This document shows, piece after piece, positions 60,110 to 64,000 of a stretch of DNA of 64,000 nucleotides. The stretch comes from Cetorhinus maximus (lineage: Eukaryota), in contig NC_135908.1 in assembly GCF_964194155.1 (NCBI RefSeq), forward strand, positions 10,044,001 through 10,108,000, written 5' to 3'. A program made the position numbers and the translations under genes. Position 1 is the first letter of the stretch. Each line of letters opens with the position of its first letter. A model generated the notes under the pieces. That model did not search any database, had not been told where the DNA came from, and saw nothing but the letters and a program-made list of their open reading frames with translations.

Positions 60110-60425
60110 CCCTTCCATCCTCATCCTCCAGGAACTATGCCCCAGAGAGGGCATTGGTGACCATGGACTTCCATTGGATTGGTCCATGATTATGCTTGGC
60201 AAAGTACTGCAGTGGTTTGCTGTTGCCTTCTGCAGTTTGGCTGACCAGGAAACTCTCCTGCTCTTACTGCCTTCCATCAGGTGTGTTGGAAGGATTTATA
60301 GGCTGATAATCAACCCGTTTGGCCACGTTATGAATGCACCTTCCATAGCCATCAAGACCTGAAGTGGGACTTGAACCAGAGCTTCTGGCTCAGAGGCAGG
60401 AACACTACCACTGCACCACAAGACT
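60110..60425 (-). mobile_element. tRNA-headed SINE with an RTE/BovB-type body
   Basis: Minus strand: GTGGTGCAGTGGTAG...GGTTCAAGTCCC head, then GAAGGCAACAGCAAACCACTGCAGTACTTTGCC...CATGGAC, resembling the Bov-A core from recall. Confidence 0.5.
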
Positions 60426-61559
60426 TCCCGTTCCCTTTCTATAACACTGTCATTTCTGAAAATGATTCCATAGCCATTATTTTTGGTCTAATTGTTATTT
60501 TCATATTTCCTATCGAGAACTATTGAATTACAACAGATTTGCTGCATGTTCCATCCTCCAGATTCTAATTACTATTAGTAGCTCGAGAATTCTATTGATG
60601 AAAATGATAACAGGTTTTCAGATCCCTATTAATCCAAGTTCACTTTGCAATGTAGAATTTGATTGATCCAAGTTATTATTTACTGCCAATTCTGCTTCTC
60701 CACATGAACTTAATTTGTAAAAATTATATTTCCTTTACTAGAATTTGCAGCTTACTGATGATTACATCAATTTTAAATCCTTGATAATGAACTATTATCA
60801 GCTCAAATGCTATAAAGTGACAAAACCTAAATTTATCACAGTCATGGAAACCAAACCAATTGGATTTCTGTTTCATTGCACACCTTCAATTATTGTTTAA
60901 AATTACGAACAACTTTTCTGTAAAAGTTCAACAATATAGAACTTCACAGAAACAAAATCTGAAAGCAATCATTTTTCTGTTGTGAAAATGATTTGGGATG
61001 AAAAAGGACAGATTAGGGATGATTATAGGACCCAGTGTTTTGTCAAAAGGCCAGGAGGAAATGGACATTTTTACCCTCACAGTTTGTTCCAAGCTCTGAC
61101 ACCAGTTGCATGGCATAAGGTAAATATTTGATGGAGGTAACATCATTGCCAAGCTGCAGACACGTTGGGCCGAATGGCCTCCTTGTACACTGTAATGATT
61201 CTGTGAAAAACTGTGACACGTCCTCTAGAAAATAAAACCCAGAAAAGGAGAATGCTCCAGACTCCTGGGAATTACCTACTGCTGCCCTCAACAGGTCAGC
61301 CGGATCACATTGAACAGGCTCTCGAGGGACTGAATGGCCTCCTCCTGTTCCTGTGATATGCTCTGGCTTTGCCTAATGTCAAATTGCCCAAAAACCCTTA
61401 CACATGAAGGGCCACGATGTTAGCGGGCGATGGGGGCAGGCTGGGACGTAACCCAACCAGTTATGTTGTCAGCCTGTTTGACTGAGGGCAGTTTAGGAGG
61501 ATCACTGGGATGCTGCTCCTGTTTCCTTGAAGTGCCAGCCTAAGATCCAATACCTAGAG

Positions 61560-61920
61560 GGCAGTCGCGAACTTCCTTTGCAATTAGCAAAACTTTTGCT
61601 GCGCTTCAAAGTACGAGAGCTCATCACAACAAAGAGGAGTTTGGCCGCGGCCATCGTTTGGGAGACTGCAGGCTCCCGGGACAGAGCTTGTGCCCGGGAG
61701 GACACCAGGAGCGAAGTGCCGAGCAGGGCAATGCACCCGGAGCTGTAGGCGTTCACGGTAGGAGCTGTAGACCGGCCGACACTTCCTTCCTTTCCCCGGC
61801 TTGAGGGAGCCGAGCTGGAGAGGGAGAGTTGCAGCGACAGCCCGCACCCTTCCAGACCCATCTCCAGCTGCTAGATACCCAAGGAGACACTGCAATTCTC
61901 TTCTACCCTAAGCCTAGATC
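61560..61920 (+). promoter_or_regulatory. CpG-enriched SNX33 promoter/5' UTR
   Basis: CpG density clearly above the flanking AT-rich DNA, directly upstream of the ATG at 61921. Confidence 0.5.
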
Positions 61921-63373
61921 ATGGCTTCCATCAAAGCCAAGGCTCTCTACAGCTTCCAGAGTGAGAACCCCGAGGAGATCAGCATCCAGGAGAATGAGCA
62001 GCTGCTGGTTTTTAACGAGAAGTCTTTGGATGGCTGGCTGGAAGGCCAGAATAGTCGGGGGGACAAAGGACTCTTTCCAGCTTCTTATGTGGAAATTCTC
62101 AAACCCAGTACACCCTCACCCTCCACTTCCAATTCCTCTTTCACTCACTACTCCAGCCCTGCAAGCTCACCAGGGAATCACTCTGCATTCTATTCCCCGA
62201 GCTATGCAACCCCGTACCAACAGGGCAGTTATGAGGAAGATGATGATGATGATTGGGATGACTGGGATGACTCTTCCACAGTGGTTGATGAACCTGGCGT
62301 GACCAGTAACACCAATGGCCACAACCACCTCCACCCGTATACAGTCTCCCCTTATCCCAGTGTGATTTACAGGCAAAAACCATCCGTGGAAAGGCAGGAC
62401 AGCACTGCCAGTAGGCTCAGCACTAAAAGTAGTGCCGTGGGCAAGAACTTCAATCGTTTCTCAAGCTTTGTAAGGTCTGGTGGGGAGGCGTTTATCCTGG
62501 GTGAGGTACCCTCTGTCTTTAAAACCTCAGAAACCTATTGTGTGGTGATGAGTCCCGATGGGCCTCAGTGGAGCGAGAGCCCTCACCCCTTCGCCTGCAC
62601 CATTGAGGAACCCACCAAGCAAACCAAGTTTAAAGGCATCAAGAGTTACATCTCCTACAAGCTGACCCCTAGTCATACCAACTACCCCGTGTATCGTCGC
62701 TACAAACACTTTGACTGGCTACACAACAGGCTGCTGCACAAGTTCTCTGTTATCTCAGTGCCACATCTTCCCGAGAAACAGGCCACAGGCCGATTTGAAG
62801 ATGATTTCATTGAGAAACGCAAGAGGCGCTTGATTCTGTGGATGGACCACATGACAAGCCACCCAGTGCTCTCCCAATACGAAGGATTCCAACACTTCCT
62901 GACTTGCACCGACGACAGGGCTTGGAAACAGGGGAAGAGGCGGATGGAGAAAGACGAGTTGGTCGGCGCCAATTCATTCCTCACCATACAAATTCCACAG
63001 GAGCATCAGGATCTTCAGGATGTGGAGGAGAGGGTGGACACGTTTAAAACCTTCTCCAAGAGGATGGATGACAGCGTGCTACAGCTGACCAATGTGGCTA
63101 CTGATCTCTGCCGCAAACACACTGGGGGCTTCAGGAAGGAATTTCAGAAATTAGGCAATGCATTCAATTCGATAAGTCAGGCATTTGAGTTGGATCAACC
63201 ACACCTAGCGATCCCTCTGAACAAGGCCATTTCTAACACGGGCAAAACATATGAGGCCATTGGAGAGTTGTTTGCAGAGCAGCCCAAGAATGATCTGTTC
63301 CACATGTTGGATACACTTTCCCTGTACCAGGGTTTACTGTCCAATTTCCCAGATATCATTCATGTTCAGAAAG
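61921..63373 (+). CDS. SNX33: Sorting nexin 33 (SH3-LC-PX-BAR), large coding exon 1; the final exon lies beyond the window
   Basis: SH3 (ALYSFQSENPEEISI...DGWLEG...GLFPASYV), DDDDDWDDWDD, PX (RRYKHFDWL, PHLPEKQATGRF) and BAR up to PDIIHVQKG, then donor G|GTAAGC; close to the recalled human SNX33. Confidence 0.93.
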
Positions 63374-64000
63374 GTAAGCTTTTTATATTACAGCGGGTTA
63401 TCTCTTTCTTGCTTTATGGCGGGTATCAGGTGTAAGATTCATCTCCTCCAATCCTGCAAGATGTACTCGATCTCTGAGATGTTTTAGTTCTCCTTGGAGT
63501 GATCAACCTTTGTTGGTCCTCTTGATTTGGGAGCTCACTGCAGATGAGTTTGTTTCAGCTCACAAGTGCCAGATACAAAAAAGAAACAATCTTAACCCTC
63601 AATCTTTTCTTATCTCTCTAGCTCCCATTGGTATATATCTGTTATTTGTACAGGTCAAGGTCTAAGGACGTTCATTGTAATCTGTGATGATCTTGTCTTG
63701 TTTTGCTCCCTTGTGCATGACAAGCAAGATAGCTGTACAAACCGAACCTAGGATTATATCGGATAAGCTATATGGACTGAATAGTAAGGATCTGTATGGA
63801 CTGAAGACTGCTAGTCAAGAGCAGTTGTATAGAAGGAGCAGAGGCACACAGTGAGTGCTGTGCAAACTGACCAGTGTGTTACATTGGAGGAGGTGTATGG
63901 ACTGGACAACTCATAACATAAAGAGAATAGCACATTAAACGGATGGAGGTAACTGACTGAATATATGTTGAACGGGAGGAACTGTAAGGGTTTGCTGTAT

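Noticed and set aside
61921-63435. Assignment as SNX18 or SNX9, or as a complete single-exon 504-aa gene
   Set aside because: The sequence follows recalled SNX33 closely; homology stops at a canonical donor at 63373/63374, so the last BAR helix must be in a downstream exon

Overview
Eukaryotic vertebrate DNA, most likely a shark or other cartilaginous fish (inferred from the repeat families). It holds a three-gene sorting-nexin cluster. (1) A complete 7-exon SNX22/SNX24-type PX-only gene on the minus strand (13742->1485, 191 aa), which the ORF track mostly misses. (2) A complete 15-exon SNX1 (PX-BAR) on the minus strand (56435->26741, 497 aa). (3) The large first coding exon of SNX33 (SH3-PX-BAR) on the plus strand (61921-63373), head-to-head with SNX1. 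I rebuilt all exons by hand from GT-AG boundaries, and the phases are consistent. The rest is CR1-, L2- and Penelope-like retroelement debris, tRNA-derived SINEs and many minisatellites, several amplified from transposon sequence. Most notable: two ~1.1-1.2 kb arrays of the same 69-bp unit in inverted orientation bracket SNX22 exons 3-5 (candidate long dsRNA/circRNA switch); a LINE shares both its 5' leader and its 3' tail with a tRNA-headed SINE; two overlapping convergent poly(A) signals lie at the left edge; and G-rich repeats start just after exon 1 of both minus-strand genes. Family and gene names come from recalled sequences, not database searches.
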